A stretch of 64,000 nucleotides of DNA. Origin: Gammaproteobacteria bacterium. Its GTDB lineage: Bacteria > Pseudomonadota > Gammaproteobacteria > G965277405. Of this stretch, positions 19,849 to 30,363 are shown piece after piece. The notes under the pieces are model-generated. The model was given only the letters and a program-made list of their open reading frames with translations. It was not told the origin of the DNA and ran no database searches. Position numbers and translations under genes: made by a program. Every line of letters begins with the position of its first letter. Within the stretch, counting starts at the first letter, position 1. The DNA is taken from contig OZ255726.1 in assembly GCA_965277405.1 (NCBI GenBank), positions 2,048,001-2,112,000 on the forward strand, written 5' to 3'.

Positions 19849-19925
19849 TGCCCAAATTTAGGGAATTATATACCATTTTAGCCAAGCACCACTTAACATA
19901 TAGTTATTAAATGGTTTAAATACTA

Positions 19926-19953
19926 TTGACAAATAAATTTATTCCCCTACAAT
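19926..19953 (+). promoter_or_regulatory. sigma70-like promoter inside the element
   Basis: TTGACA-16 nt-TACAAT upstream of the transposase start. Confidence 0.65.
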
Positions 19954-19976
19954 TCTAGCCATAGGAAGGGGGTGTC

Positions 19977-20612
19977 ATGAACAAGCACAACAAACCTGAA
20001 ATTATGAGCGCGTGGGACTTTATGGCGAGGTTCCCAACAGACGAACTGGCACGCGACCATATCGAACGCATGCGTTGGGGCAATGAACCTTATTGTCCAC
20101 ACTGCTGGAGCATATCGGTCAGTCGAATTAAGAACGAAAAACCCCAGCCGTTTCGCTGCAAGGATTGCCGAAAACATTTTTCTGTCACGACGGGTACAGT
20201 TTTCCATTCAACGAACCTATCACCGCGTAAGTGTCTTTATGCAATCTATCTCATGGCTATTGCTAAAAAGTCGATTTCAAGCTGCCAGATGGCGCGGGAG
20301 CTTGGTTGCACACAAAAGACAGCATGGTATCTCGCACAACGCATTCGGGAAACCTGGCTGAATAAGTCCAGCACTGGCGATCTGATGACCGGCGAAATAG
20401 AAATAGATGAAACCTATATCGACGGCATCGAAAAGAATAAGCACGCCAATAAAAAACTTAGGGCCGGTCGTGGGCCGGTCGGAAAACAAGCTGTTATCGG
20501 GGTGCGTGAGCGTAAATCCGGTCGTATTACGGCACGTCCGATTGCCCACATCAACCAAACCATACGTAACGCCGACGGTGTTCTTGGGTACAAGAACCTG
20601 ACGGTTAATTGA
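19977..20612 (+). pseudogene. IS1595-family transposase with internal deletion (211 aa)
   Basis: CPHC..CKDC zinc ribbon, HTH and EIDETY present; the later TD and H-x-N/E catalytic segments are missing. Confidence 0.8.
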
Positions 20613-20623
20613 AAGGATAAACA

Positions 20624-21379
20624 ATGCCGCGCAAAGCCGAACAGCTTATTGAACCCATTGATACGACAATGGACACGCTGACAGCAACTGTCTTTTCAAA
20701 CCAGAGAACTGTGCAGGCCCCGCCGGTTTCTTTACCCAAAGCTTTAACGCCGAACAGCCGCATCAAGATGGACGGGATTACGTTTCTGTCCCTATTGTCG
20801 GAGGCGGTAATCCCAGTCGCGTTTTTCGATCCGCAATATCGTGGCGTTCTCGAAAAGCTATCTTATGGGAACGAGGGGAAGGGGCGCGGAAAACGACGCT
20901 GCGCCTTGGAACAAATGCCCGAGGATGTAATCGCTCAATTCGTGCGCGGTATTGATCGCACCCTGATTCCATCTGGGCATTTGTTTTTATGGGTGGATAA
21001 GTTTCACCTCTGCCAAGGTATTCATGCGTGGCTGGACGGAACCTCGCTTGATATCGTTGATCTGGTTACTTGGGATAAGGGAACCTTTGGTATGGGTTAT
21101 CGGACACGCCGCCGCGCCGAGTACTGCATCATCCTTCAAAAACAGCCGCGCAAGGCAAAAGGTGTTTGGACAATCCATAATATCCCAGATGTGTACCGCG
21201 AAAAGGCCGGACGGAAAGAACACCCGCATATCAAACCTATAGATTTACAAGGCGAACTTATGGCCGCAGTGAGCCGCGAAGGTGATTTCGTGATTGACCC
21301 AGCCGCAGGATCATTTTCGGTTATGCAAGCCACGCTAAATTACCGCCGCACTTTCCTTGGCTGTGATTTGAACGGATAA
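20624..21379 (+). CDS. N4/N6 DNA methyltransferase (beta-like motif order)
   Basis: FFDPQY (motif IV) precedes HPHIKP and VIDPAAGS (motif I). Confidence 0.88.
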   Translation: MPRKAEQLIEPIDTTMDTLTATVFSNQRTVQAPPVSLPKALTPNSRIKMDGITFLSLLSEAVIPVAFFDPQYRGVLEKLSYGNEGKGRGKRRCALEQMPEDVIAQFVRGIDRTLIPSGHLFLWVDKFHLCQGIHAWLDGTSLDIVDLVTWDKGTFGMGYRTRRRAEYCIILQKQPRKAKGVWTIHNIPDVYREKAGRKEHPHIKPIDLQGELMAAVSREGDFVIDPAAGSFSVMQATLNYRRTFLGCDLNG

Positions 21380-21384
21380 CGATC

Positions 21385-22056
21385 ATGGCCCGCATTCGGA
21401 ATGCCCGTCCAAAGAATGTTTCTGGCTCTTACGAGCGGATATTCGACAATGCCGAACTCGGCGCACTCATTAGTAAAGTTCAATCCGCCGTCATCACATC
21501 GGGAACGGAGTTAGAGAAAAGGATCTCTGATATGGTCACCAATATAGACTGTCTGGATTCCTTTCTCAAACAAGAAATTATGCCGGATGGTGTGTGGCTC
21601 GCACGCAAGCGGCAAATTAAACGGAGCGATACCCTAGACTTTGCGGGCGCAGAGCCGGATTTCATGATTTTCAAACGCCGACAAGGTGTCCAGTCCTGCC
21701 ATATCGTTGAGCTAAAAGACGGACACGTATTTGATACCAAGAAAGCCAGTGCGGAACGTCAAGCTATGCATAATTTTATCTCGCACAATGCCCAACACAT
21801 CCAATATCGATTTCAAGCACATTTTTGTGCGTTCAATCAGGATGATCAGAATATGATATGGGTAGGTTTCAAGAAACGAATAGTTTTAAACGAAACAATG
21901 ACAGGGCGCAAGTTCTGCGAGCTTTTAGAGCTAGATTATGACGCTATAATCGAGGCGAGGAAGGCTGACGGACCTGATAATGTCAATTTCTTCCTGTCAG
22001 AACTGGTCAAAATAGAGGGCATCCGTCCGCATCTGTTGGAATTGCTCAATGGCTAA
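21385..22056 (+). CDS. Putative type II restriction endonuclease (PD-(D/E)xK)
   Basis: EPDFMIF...IVELKDG; adjacent to the MTase; stop codon lies within the right TIR. Confidence 0.75.
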   Translation: MARIRNARPKNVSGSYERIFDNAELGALISKVQSAVITSGTELEKRISDMVTNIDCLDSFLKQEIMPDGVWLARKRQIKRSDTLDFAGAEPDFMIFKRRQGVQSCHIVELKDGHVFDTKKASAERQAMHNFISHNAQHIQYRFQAHFCAFNQDDQNMIWVGFKKRIVLNETMTGRKFCELLELDYDAIIEARKADGPDNVNFFLSELVKIEGIRPHLLELLNG

Positions 22057-22136
22057 AATGGTATATAGTTCCCCAAATTTATAATAGTTTTTAACAAAGA
22101 GAGAATGAAATGAAATTTTTAACACAGGAGAATGAA

Positions 22137-23219
22137 ATGAAATTTAAGTCGTTGGTATCCCTTGGTCGCGCATTAGCCGTCGTCGCTGCAGTGCTTGCAG
22201 TTGGCACTGTATCTGCCGCAGACAAGGTCGGGTTTGTCTACGTTGGCCCAGTGGGGGATTATGGGTGGTCATACCGCCATGACATAGGCCGTCAGTCTGT
22301 AGCAAAGGCTTTCGGCGATAAAGTCAAAACAACATTCGTCGAAGACGTCAAGGATGGTGCAGATGCAGAACGCGTCATCCGCCAGATGGCTGCACATGGT
22401 CATAAACTTATCTTCGTAACGTCATTTGGTTTCATGAACCCGATGATGAAAGTTGCCAAACTATTCCCGCAGGTAAAATTCGAGCATGTAACAGGCTATA
22501 AGCGCGCCAATAATGTTAGCACTTATTCTGGGCGTAAGTATGAAGGGCGATATGTAGTCGGAAAAATTGCCGGGATGATGACTAAATCAAACATCATCGG
22601 CTATGTCGCAGCTTTCCCGATCCCAGAAGTTATTCGCGGCATCAACGCAGTTGCGCTTGCCGCTAGCAGCGTCAATCCAGACATCCAAGTTAAAGTTATT
22701 TTGGTCAATTCGTGGTATGACCCAGGTAAAGAAGGGGATGCTGCTAAAGCCCTCATTGACCAAGGCGCAGATATCATTATGCAGCATACCGATAGCCCGG
22801 TTGCCTTGCAGGTTGCGCAAAGCCGCGGCGTTTGGGGGGTTGGGCAGTCTTCAGATATGAAAGTTTTTGCACCAGAATGGCAACTGACGGCGATCATCGA
22901 CAACTGGGACGCATATTATATCGAGCGCACCCAAGCAGCCCTCGACGGTTCGTGGAAATCCCAAGATGTATGGGGTGGTTTGCAATCCAAAATGATCGAA
23001 CTTGCAAAATACAATGACGCCATTCCGGCTGATGTTGTCAACATCGCCGAAGCAACAAAAGCGGCGATTATCGACGGCTCTTTGAAACCTTTTGCTGGCC
23101 CGTTTAACAAACAAGATGGTACGGAAGCCGTGGCGGCTGGTGAAGAACTGGACGATGACGCTCTGCTTGGCATGGACTGGTATGTAGAAGGTGTTCAAGG
23201 AAAATTACCGAATAGCTGA
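22137..23219 (+). CDS. BMP-family ABC substrate-binding protein (purine/nucleoside)
   Basis: VGFVYVGPVGDYGWSYRH, TSFGFM, SWYDPGKE, QHTDSP. Confidence 0.92.
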   Translation: MKFKSLVSLGRALAVVAAVLAVGTVSAADKVGFVYVGPVGDYGWSYRHDIGRQSVAKAFGDKVKTTFVEDVKDGADAERVIRQMAAHGHKLIFVTSFGFMNPMMKVAKLFPQVKFEHVTGYKRANNVSTYSGRKYEGRYVVGKIAGMMTKSNIIGYVAAFPIPEVIRGINAVALAASSVNPDIQVKVILVNSWYDPGKEGDAAKALIDQGADIIMQHTDSPVALQVAQSRGVWGVGQSSDMKVFAPEWQLTAIIDNWDAYYIERTQAALDGSWKSQDVWGGLQSKMIELAKYNDAIPADVVNIAEATKAAIIDGSLKPFAGPFNKQDGTEAVAAGEELDDDALLGMDWYVEGVQGKLPNS

Positions 23220-23291
23220 CCTGATACACCACAACACCCCTCCAAACTCGCACTGGAAGTTGGTTGGTGTTAAGTTACTGGTTATAGAGAG

Positions 23292-23501
23292 CATATCGCA
23301 GCAAGTCTGCAACCCGAGTAGATGTTGATGTTTGCCGAGCGCAATGCTGTCGATTTTTCATTTAAATCGATTGAGGAGGTGCGCTCTGCCTACGAATTCA
23401 GCAGACTTCAGGATATGAAAGATAATGTCATAGCTATAGCCGACGCACTGGATTTGACAAAACATCAAATTGCCACCCTCGAGTCATATTTAAGCGCATG
23501 A
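23292..23501 (+). pseudogene. Adenine/adenosine deaminase remnant
   Basis: HIAASLQPE*MLMFAERNAVDFSFKSIEEVRSAYEFSRLQD joined to a C-terminal-like DNVIAIADALDLTK..ESYLSA*. Confidence 0.75.
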
Positions 23502-24655
23502 CCCTGGTTGCGGATCATACTGAAACCATCATGCATAAAGGCGAAGAAATTCACCTGCCCCTTTTTCTCGACCATCAGTCGACAACCCCTCTCGCTGCGC
23601 AAGCTAGGGAAGCTATGTGGCATGCGTTTGAATTTCCAGGCAACGCACACAGCAAAACCCATATTTTTGGGCTCGATGCTGCTGACCTTATCGAGCATGC
23701 TAGGGGGCAAGTCGCAGACCTGATCGGTGCCCGAGCGGATGAGATCCATTTCACCCCCAGCGCCACCGCCTCCAACCACCAGCTACTGTATCAAGTAGCC
23801 CGTTCTTCTAATAAGTCTGCACATTTTGTCACGCTGAACAGCGAGCATAATTCAATCATTGAGACTTGCGTATCCTTAAGACAAGCAGGTTACGCGGTCA
23901 CCTTCCTCCCGGTGCAAGCCAACGGCAGGCTCGATCTAACATTACTAGATACAGCCATTAAGCCGGAAACCCGGCTAGTATCGATTCAGGCGGCGAATAA
24001 TGAAACGGGGGTGTTGCAGGACTTGGAAGAGGTCAACAAGTTCTGTATCAACCGCAATATCCCCTTTCATACCGACGCGGTGCAAGCTCTCGGTACGCAG
24101 AAGATTGATGTTGAAAATGGCATCGCGTGCATGAGCATTTCGGCGCACAAAATTTACGGACCGCAGGGGGTTGGTGCCTTGTATGTTCGCAGCGACCTTG
24201 GCGATTCTCTGTGTCCCAAACCAGCGGGTACACCAGCCACGGCTCTGATTGCCGGATTTGGTGCCGCGAGCGAACTGGTTTGCATAAGCCGTGAACAGGA
24301 TCATGCGCATCTTCTCACCCTTTCAACCCTGTTAATGTCTATTTTGACCGAGGAACTTGGCAACGATGTTTCGTTAAATGGCGATCGTAACCTTAGTATT
24401 CCCAGCTGCCTGAATATCATGTTTGCTGGCGTTGCAGCAGAAGACCTACTCCTCCAGGTCCCGGCGCTGGGTCTGTCGACGAACTCCGCCTGCCTCTCCT
24501 CATCAGGTGCTAGGTCGCACGTGCTGCAAGCGATGGGGCTGGATGCGACCCAGTCGGAGAGTAGCATCCGTATCGGTATGGGGCGTTATCTCACCGCGAA
24601 TGAAGTTGATTATGCCGCTAACATGCTGGTGGATGCGTATAGAAGTTTGAGATAA
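23498..24655 (+). CDS. Cysteine desulfurase (NifS/IscS-like)
   Basis: FLDHQSTTP, NNETG, HTDAVQ, SAHKIYGP (PLP Lys), STNSAC (catalytic Cys). Confidence 0.88.
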   Translation: MTLVADHTETIMHKGEEIHLPLFLDHQSTTPLAAQAREAMWHAFEFPGNAHSKTHIFGLDAADLIEHARGQVADLIGARADEIHFTPSATASNHQLLYQVARSSNKSAHFVTLNSEHNSIIETCVSLRQAGYAVTFLPVQANGRLDLTLLDTAIKPETRLVSIQAANNETGVLQDLEEVNKFCINRNIPFHTDAVQALGTQKIDVENGIACMSISAHKIYGPQGVGALYVRSDLGDSLCPKPAGTPATALIAGFGAASELVCISREQDHAHLLTLSTLLMSILTEELGNDVSLNGDRNLSIPSCLNIMFAGVAAEDLLLQVPALGLSTNSACLSSSGARSHVLQAMGLDATQSESSIRIGMGRYLTANEVDYAANMLVDAYRSLR

Positions 24656-24665
24656 TAACGCTTAG

Positions 24666-24937
24666 GGAAGCTATGATTAAGTCCATGATGGGCGAGACGG
24701 AGAAAAAACGCTGATGATAACTAGACGCAGTGCGCAGATAATACTGGTGGTATTATCAAGTGCTGCAACGACGTTAGCGCAGCGTTTTTTCCCGGCCTTC
24801 TATTGAATATATGATGGTTTGCCTACAAGCGGTACTTGCTGTGTTGCATCCCTTGGCGTATATGCTACGGCATGCTCTTAGCGGTTTGCGCCTTGCAATC
24901 ATCAGCAATTGCAGGCAAACTCGCTCCATCAGCGAGG
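24666..24937 (+). mobile_element. IS5-type MITE copy 3 (right end truncated)
   Basis: TTAG|GGAAGCTATGATTAAGTCC...; near-identical to copy 6. Confidence 0.85.
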
Positions 24938-25002
24938 CTTCACCAAATGGTAAGCGCACATCAACCAGTTTATACCAGTGCCAATGTTAACTATATTCTT
25001 TT

Positions 25003-25440
25003 TCATGTGCGTGCATATTTTATAAAAGGGGTTTTAGACCCTATCTTGTCGTATAAATTTCGGGCTGCTATATTGAAGTCCTGTGTCAGCCAATACACAC
25101 CTTTCGCGTTTTTCTCGTCTGCACGCGCATAAATTTGTGATATTAATTTGCTGGCAACACCGTGTTTCCTGTAATTTTTATCCACGAATAAATCCTGCAA
25201 ATAGCAGATCTTTTCCTGCTGCCAGAGGTGTAGGTGATAAATACAGTGGACAATTCCCACTGCATTGCCGTCAATGTATGCGATATATCCTTCACATTCT
25301 GCATCTTCGTCAATTAGTCGCGAAAAAGTCAAATCAAAAACAGTGTTGCTCCTTGCCACCTTGTAGAAGGCTAGGTATTGCTTCCATAACCGAGACCATG
25401 AATCTTTATGACAATCTGTTAAAGCGTGAATAGCTATCAT
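25003..25440 (-). CDS. GNAT N-acetyltransferase
   Basis: CYLQDLFVDKNYRKHGVA, YWLTQDFN..ARNLYDK. Confidence 0.9.
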   Translation of the reverse strand: MIAIHALTDCHKDSWSRLWKQYLAFYKVARSNTVFDLTFSRLIDEDAECEGYIAYIDGNAVGIVHCIYHLHLWQQEKICYLQDLFVDKNYRKHGVASKLISQIYARADEKNAKGVYWLTQDFNIAARNLYDKIGSKTPFIKYART

Positions 25441-25454
25441 GTTACATCTCCAAC

Positions 25455-25672
25455 ATATTCACCGCCCTGCGACCCGTAGAAGATTACCCAGGTTTCAAGG
25501 CTGTTATGAAAATAGAAAAATTGCTGCTGCATGATAGCAGAAACAAACAAGAAGTCACATACCTCAAAAGGTACAATTAGTTTTCCATCTGCAACTTGCC
25601 AGAGCCGGAGATCACTACTAGGGTCAGAAATACTTTTTTCATGTTGTTTGGTCTCAGTCGCATTGCATCATA
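25455..25672 (-). pseudogene. Cupin-domain gene remnant
   Basis: VVISGSGKLQM*/IVPFEVCDFLFVSA...ETWVIFYGSQGGE with stops and frameshifts; AGGAGG RBS. Confidence 0.65.
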
Positions 25673-25782
25673 TTACCCTCCTTAGTTGTAAATGCTACGG
25701 AGGTTGTTTAGACATCAGCTAACTAAGAAGCTGGTACTGTATTAGTTACTAAACAAAGGAGTACAGCATGAACAACCCACAT

Positions 25783-25893
25783 CAGCACTTGCTAATACCC
25801 ACAAGTCCCACCAGTGTTATCTGCGCACTGCGCTTAAGTTTCATCAGTGTTGTTGCTCAGTCTCGCCCATCATGGACTTAAGCAGCGGTTGCC
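25783..25893 (-). mobile_element. MITE copy 4 (partial)
   Basis: ...CTCGCCCATCATGGACTTAAGCAGCGGTTGCC. Confidence 0.75.
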
Positions 25894-25896
25894 ATG

Positions 25897-26195
25897 ATTT
25901 AAACAAGTAAACAGCCGCAATGAGTGGACTTGGTACAAAATATATCCTCCATCGCTGCATCTACAGCGATGGCTGAGGTTATACACCACTTGCATCACAT
26001 GTACGCGCAGCAGCGTTTGCAGTGGATATTGCGGGCCGACCGCCTGTTTTGCGCAGGTTTGGTGTAGTGTTTAGCAACAACTGCATTTAACTGCAGTTAT
26101 GGAATAACAGCTGCTAATTTCTCAAGAAATATTTCTCTACGAGATTTGTGGTTTTGCAGTGCGTATTCCGACTCTGCAAACGTCATTTGCTTTAT
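25897..26195 (-). pseudogene. IS5-family (IS5 subgroup) transposase 5' remnant
   Basis: KQMTFAESEYALQNHKSRREIFLEKLAAVIP*...LQTLLRVHVMQVVYNLS..DAAMED resembles the IS5 N-terminal pattern. Confidence 0.8.
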
Positions 26196-26495
26196 ATCAA
26201 TTCCCAAAAATAATAGTTAGAGTATTATGACAGATTAGTAGGGTTTTTTGGGGGGGGGTAGAGTGTCACTAAATAAATGAAGAAAATTGAATGACACGTA
26301 TACTGAATGTATTCCGTAAGTTTGCAGTATGTAATGTTCGTCCGCTACACAAAGCAGTAATATGCCGACAAATTCCCACGTTGTTGGCTGTGCAGACATT
26401 GCATATGTTGACTGAAACCAGAGGATGCGAAGATAAATTGATAGGATGGGAACGATTAAGAAGCCGAGGATAATTCACTTTTTGGAGGTTGGAGT

Positions 26496-27803
26496 ATGAG
26501 CGTAGATTTTTTTAAAGATATTGAACCAGTCACCTTCAAAGGTCCAAGTAGTGATGATGCATTTGCGTTTCATCATTACAATCCAGACGAGGTAGTGCTT
26601 GGGAAGAAAATGCAGGATCAATTGCGTTTTGCTGTAGCTTATTGGCATAGTTTTGCGTGGTTGGGTGGTGATGCGTTTGGTGGACAGACATTTGCAAGAC
26701 CGTGGTTTCCACAGGACAGCATGGCAATGGCAAAAGTTAAAGCTGACCATGCATTTGCAATGTTTAGAATTTTAAACGTGCCATTCTTTTGTTGGCATGA
26801 TGCTGATGTACGCCCTGAAACAGGAAATTTTCGCGATAACCTGAGTACATTGGATGAAATAACCGATTATATGGCAGGAAAAATGGCAGAAACAGGTGTC
26901 AAAGTACTTTGGGGTACGGCGAATATGTTTAGTCACCGTCGTTGGATGGCGGGTGCATCAACCAATCCTAACCCAGATGTATTCGCATTTGCAGCAGCAA
27001 CAGTGAAGTCGTGTATGGATGCAACGCACAAGCTCAATGGTGAAAATTATGTGCTTTGGGGCGGTCGCGAAGGATATGAAACGCTGCTTAACACTGATCT
27101 TAAATCAGAGCTAGACCATATGGGACGTTTTCTTAATATGGTTGTTGAATATAAATATAAGATTGGGTTCAAAGGAATGATTTTGGTAGAACCAAAGCCA
27201 CTGGAGCCGAGTAAACATCAATACGATTACGATGCTGCAACGTGCTATGGTTTTTTGCAAAAATACGGGCTTGAAAATGAAGTTAAACTCAATTTAGAGC
27301 AAGGGCATGCCATTCTTGCCGGGCATACATTTGAACACGAACTCGCAACAGCAGCAGCATTGGGTGTATTTGGCTCGATTGATATGAACAGAAACGATTA
27401 TCAGTCTGGTTGGGATACTGATCAATTTCCAAATAATGTGGCGGAAGTTGCATTAGCGTATTACCAAATTCTTAAAGCGGGCGGATTTACTGCTGGAGGT
27501 ACAAATTTCGATGCGAAATTAAGGAGACAATCAATTGACCCACGTGATTTGATAGCGGCACATATTGGCGGCATGGATGTCTGTGCGCGAGGGCTGAAAT
27601 CTGCGGCTGCGATGATTGAAGATGGTGGTCTTGCAACGCGGTTACAGGCTAGATATTCTGGTTGGCAATCAAAACAAGCACAAGCAATGCTGAACAGCGA
27701 CCTAGCGAGCATTGCGCAAGATGTTCTTAACAAACATACCAACCCTGCGCCGCGATCTGGCGAGCAAGAGCTCCTTGAAAATTATGTGAATAGGTTTGTG
27801 TAA
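26496..27803 (+). CDS. xylA: Xylose isomerase (class II)
   Basis: [39 protein letters not shown]. Confidence 0.97.
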   Translation: MSVDFFKDIEPVTFKGPSSDDAFAFHHYNPDEVVLGKKMQDQLRFAVAYWHSFAWLGGDAFGGQTFARPWFPQDSMAMAKVKADHAFAMFRILNVPFFCWHDADVRPETGNFRDNLSTLDEITDYMAGKMAETGVKVLWGTANMFSHRRWMAGASTNPNPDVFAFAAATVKSCMDATHKLNGENYVLWGGREGYETLLNTDLKSELDHMGRFLNMVVEYKYKIGFKGMILVEPKPLEPSKHQYDYDAATCYGFLQKYGLENEVKLNLEQGHAILAGHTFEHELATAAALGVFGSIDMNRNDYQSGWDTDQFPNNVAEVALAYYQILKAGGFTAGGTNFDAKLRRQSIDPRDLIAAHIGGMDVCARGLKSAAAMIEDGGLATRLQARYSGWQSKQAQAMLNSDLASIAQDVLNKHTNPAPRSGEQELLENYVNRFV

Positions 27804-27960
27804 CAATTTGCTGCCAACTGCCGCTTCATACCATGCGAGAGCGAACTGCGATGGTGGAATAGTGCGATGGCATAAAGTTTTGACACCAAGTGCAAATTCT
27901 GTATATTGATATTTGGCATGTGAGATGACTCACATATTTGGTAATTTAGGAGAATACAAC

Positions 27961-28986
27961 ATGAAAAAATTTATTTTTATACTTGTTGTTTGCAGTAGTT
28001 TTTGGGCAAACATCTCGCTGGCAGCAGCTGTTAAAGTTGGGGTAAGTTGGTCAAATTTTCAAGAAGAGCGCTGGAAGACAGATGAATCTGCTATAAAAAG
28101 TGCGCTTAAAAAATTAGGTGCGGAATATATTTCAGCAGATGCGCAATCATCCGCAAGCAAGCAATTATCCGATATCGAAAACCTGATAGCTCAAGGTGTT
28201 GATGCCTTGATTATATTAGGTGTCGATACTCAAGCGGTAATACCTGCGGTGCAAGCAGCAGCTGACGAAGGAATTCCTGTTATTGCCTATGACCGCTTGA
28301 TTGAAGATGACAGATCCTTTTACTTGACTTTCGATAATGTTGAAGTCGGTAGAATGCAAGCAAGGGCAGTGTTTAAAATTGCTCCAAAAGGTCGGTATGT
28401 AATGATTAAAGGTTCACCAACCGACCCCAATGCTGACTTTCTACGTGGTGGTCAACAAGAAATTATTCAACAAGCAGTGAGCGCAGGAGATATTACTATT
28501 ATCGGCGAAAGCTATACGGATGGATGGCTGCCAGCAAATGCTCAAGCCAGTATGGAACAGATACTCACTGCACATGATAATCGCGTCGATGCCGTGATTG
28601 CGTCGAATGATGGCACAGCAGGTGGGGTTGTTGCTGCATTAACTGCTCAAGGAATGGAAGGAATTCCGCTTTCAGGTCAAGATGGCGACCATGCTGCATT
28701 GAACCGGATAGCCTTAGGAACACAAACTGTATCTGTATGGAAAGATGCCCGTGCGCTGGGCAAGCACGCTGCAGAAATTGCCGTTGCTCTTGGTAATGGG
28801 GCTGATCTGGATGATGTAGCGGGTTCTGTTGTTTTTAACACACCCAAGAATGTGAAGATGAACGCATTGTTTTTAAACCCAGTACCTATAACAAAAGATA
28901 ACCTTTCCGTAGTTGTCGACGCTGGGTGGATAAGCAAGTCCAAACTCTGCCAAGGAGTAACAGCTAAAGTAGCACCTTGTAATTAA
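27961..28986 (+). CDS. xylF: D-xylose ABC substrate-binding protein
   Basis: SWSNFQEERWKTD, IAYDRLI, FDNVEVG, ASNDGTA. Confidence 0.9.
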   Translation: MKKFIFILVVCSSFWANISLAAAVKVGVSWSNFQEERWKTDESAIKSALKKLGAEYISADAQSSASKQLSDIENLIAQGVDALIILGVDTQAVIPAVQAAADEGIPVIAYDRLIEDDRSFYLTFDNVEVGRMQARAVFKIAPKGRYVMIKGSPTDPNADFLRGGQQEIIQQAVSAGDITIIGESYTDGWLPANAQASMEQILTAHDNRVDAVIASNDGTAGGVVAALTAQGMEGIPLSGQDGDHAALNRIALGTQTVSVWKDARALGKHAAEIAVALGNGADLDDVAGSVVFNTPKNVKMNALFLNPVPITKDNLSVVVDAGWISKSKLCQGVTAKVAPCN

Positions 28987-29064
28987 TCATTGTAATTAAT
29001 CATTAAAAATAGTATGCCCATCCGTTCTGTCTGATTTGATGGGCATATTTTTATGTAAGCCAAG

Positions 29065-30363
29065 ATGAAAAATACTGTAGTTGCAGCAGATACAGCTAGC
29101 AGGCGTTCGTTAGCAAAAATCCTTGAGCTAGACGTGCGACTATTAGGAATGATTGGTGCATTTATTTTTTTATGTATTGCTTTTAATATTGTGACTGATG
29201 GACGCTTTTTAACGCCACGCAATATTTTTAATCTTTCTATTCAAACAGTTTCAGTAGCAATCATGTCCATGGGCATGGTATTTGTGATTGTTACTCGACA
29301 CATAGATTTGTCTGTAGGCGCAGTGCTGGCAATGACATCTGCGCTGATGGCTGTTGCGCAAACTCAGTTCATCCCGTATATATTTAATATTGATATCGGC
29401 GATCCAATGATTGCTCCCGTAACTATAATAATTGGTTTGGCAATAGGTGTGTGCATTGGCTGTTTTCATGGATGGCTGATTGGTTATCAATCTATACCCG
29501 CATTTTTGGTGACGCTCGGGGGGTTATTAGTGTGGCGTAACGTTGCTTGGTTTACCACAACTGGACAAACAATAGCCCCGCTTGATGCAAATCTACGCCT
29601 GTTAGGTGGCGCTGGAGGCACTTTGGGTACCAGCCTGTCTTGGGTAGTTGGCATTGGTATATCTGCAGCAGCATGTTGGTCAATTTGGAGGTCTAGAAAC
29701 AATAAGACGGCGCATAACTTTCCTGTCAAACCACTTTGGGCAGAATTCGTACTCTGCTTGTTGGCAAGCGCAACAGTGCTTGGATTTGTCGCAATTTTGA
29801 ATAGTTATCATATCCCCGCAGCAAAACTTGCCAGAATGTTTGCTGTGCGCGGTGAAACCGTTCCAGCTGGATATTCACAAGGATATGGAATTCCAATTTC
29901 GGTGCTTATTTTGATTATCACTGCAATCGTAATGACAATAGTAGCGCGTAAAACCCGTTTTGGTCGCTACATCTTTGCCACAGGCGGTAACCCCGAAGCG
30001 GCGTTGCTTGCTGGGATAAATACCCGAATGTTAACCATTAAAGTATTTGCGTTGCTTGGGTTTCTTTGTGCACTATCTGCAGTTATAGCCCAGTCACGAC
30101 TGCAAGCACATACCAATGACATTGGTACGCTTGATGAGTTAAAAGTGATAGCTGCCGCAGTTATTGGCGGGACTGCACTTTCTGGTGGAATCGGAACAAT
30201 TTATGGCGCAATACTTGGGGCGATGATTATGCAGTCATTACAATCAGGAATGGCAATGGTTGGTGTGGACGCACCATATCAGAACATCGTTGTTGGCATT
30301 GTGTTAGTGTTTGCTGTATGGGTGGATTTTATCTACAGAAAAAAAGTAGGGTTAAAAACATGA
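29065..30363 (+). CDS. xylH: Xylose ABC permease
   Basis: [23 protein letters not shown]. Confidence 0.85.
   Translation: MKNTVVAADTASRRSLAKILELDVRLLGMIGAFIFLCIAFNIVTDGRFLTPRNIFNLSIQTVSVAIMSMGMVFVIVTRHIDLSVGAVLAMTSALMAVAQTQFIPYIFNIDIGDPMIAPVTIIIGLAIGVCIGCFHGWLIGYQSIPAFLVTLGGLLVWRNVAWFTTTGQTIAPLDANLRLLGGAGGTLGTSLSWVVGIGISAAACWSIWRSRNNKTAHNFPVKPLWAEFVLCLLASATVLGFVAILNSYHIPAAKLARMFAVRGETVPAGYSQGYGIPISVLILIITAIVMTIVARKTRFGRYIFATGGNPEAALLAGINTRMLTIKVFALLGFLCALSAVIAQSRLQAHTNDIGTLDELKVIAAAVIGGTALSGGIGTIYGAILGAMIMQSLQSGMAMVGVDAPYQNIVVGIVLVFAVWVDFIYRKKVGLKT

Larger units (their letters stand above)
19861..22073 (+). mobile_element. IS1595-family derivative carrying passenger R-M genes
   Basis: TIRs GGGAATTATATACCATTTTAGCCA / TGGCTAAAATGGTATATAGTTCCC (23/24 match); 8-bp TSD CAAATTTA at 19853-19860 and 22074-22081. 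Confidence 0.93.

Noticed and set aside
26250-26258. G9 tract upstream of xylA as a phase-variation switch
   Set aside because: ~240 bp from the start, in IS5 remnant flank, with no promoter elements around it
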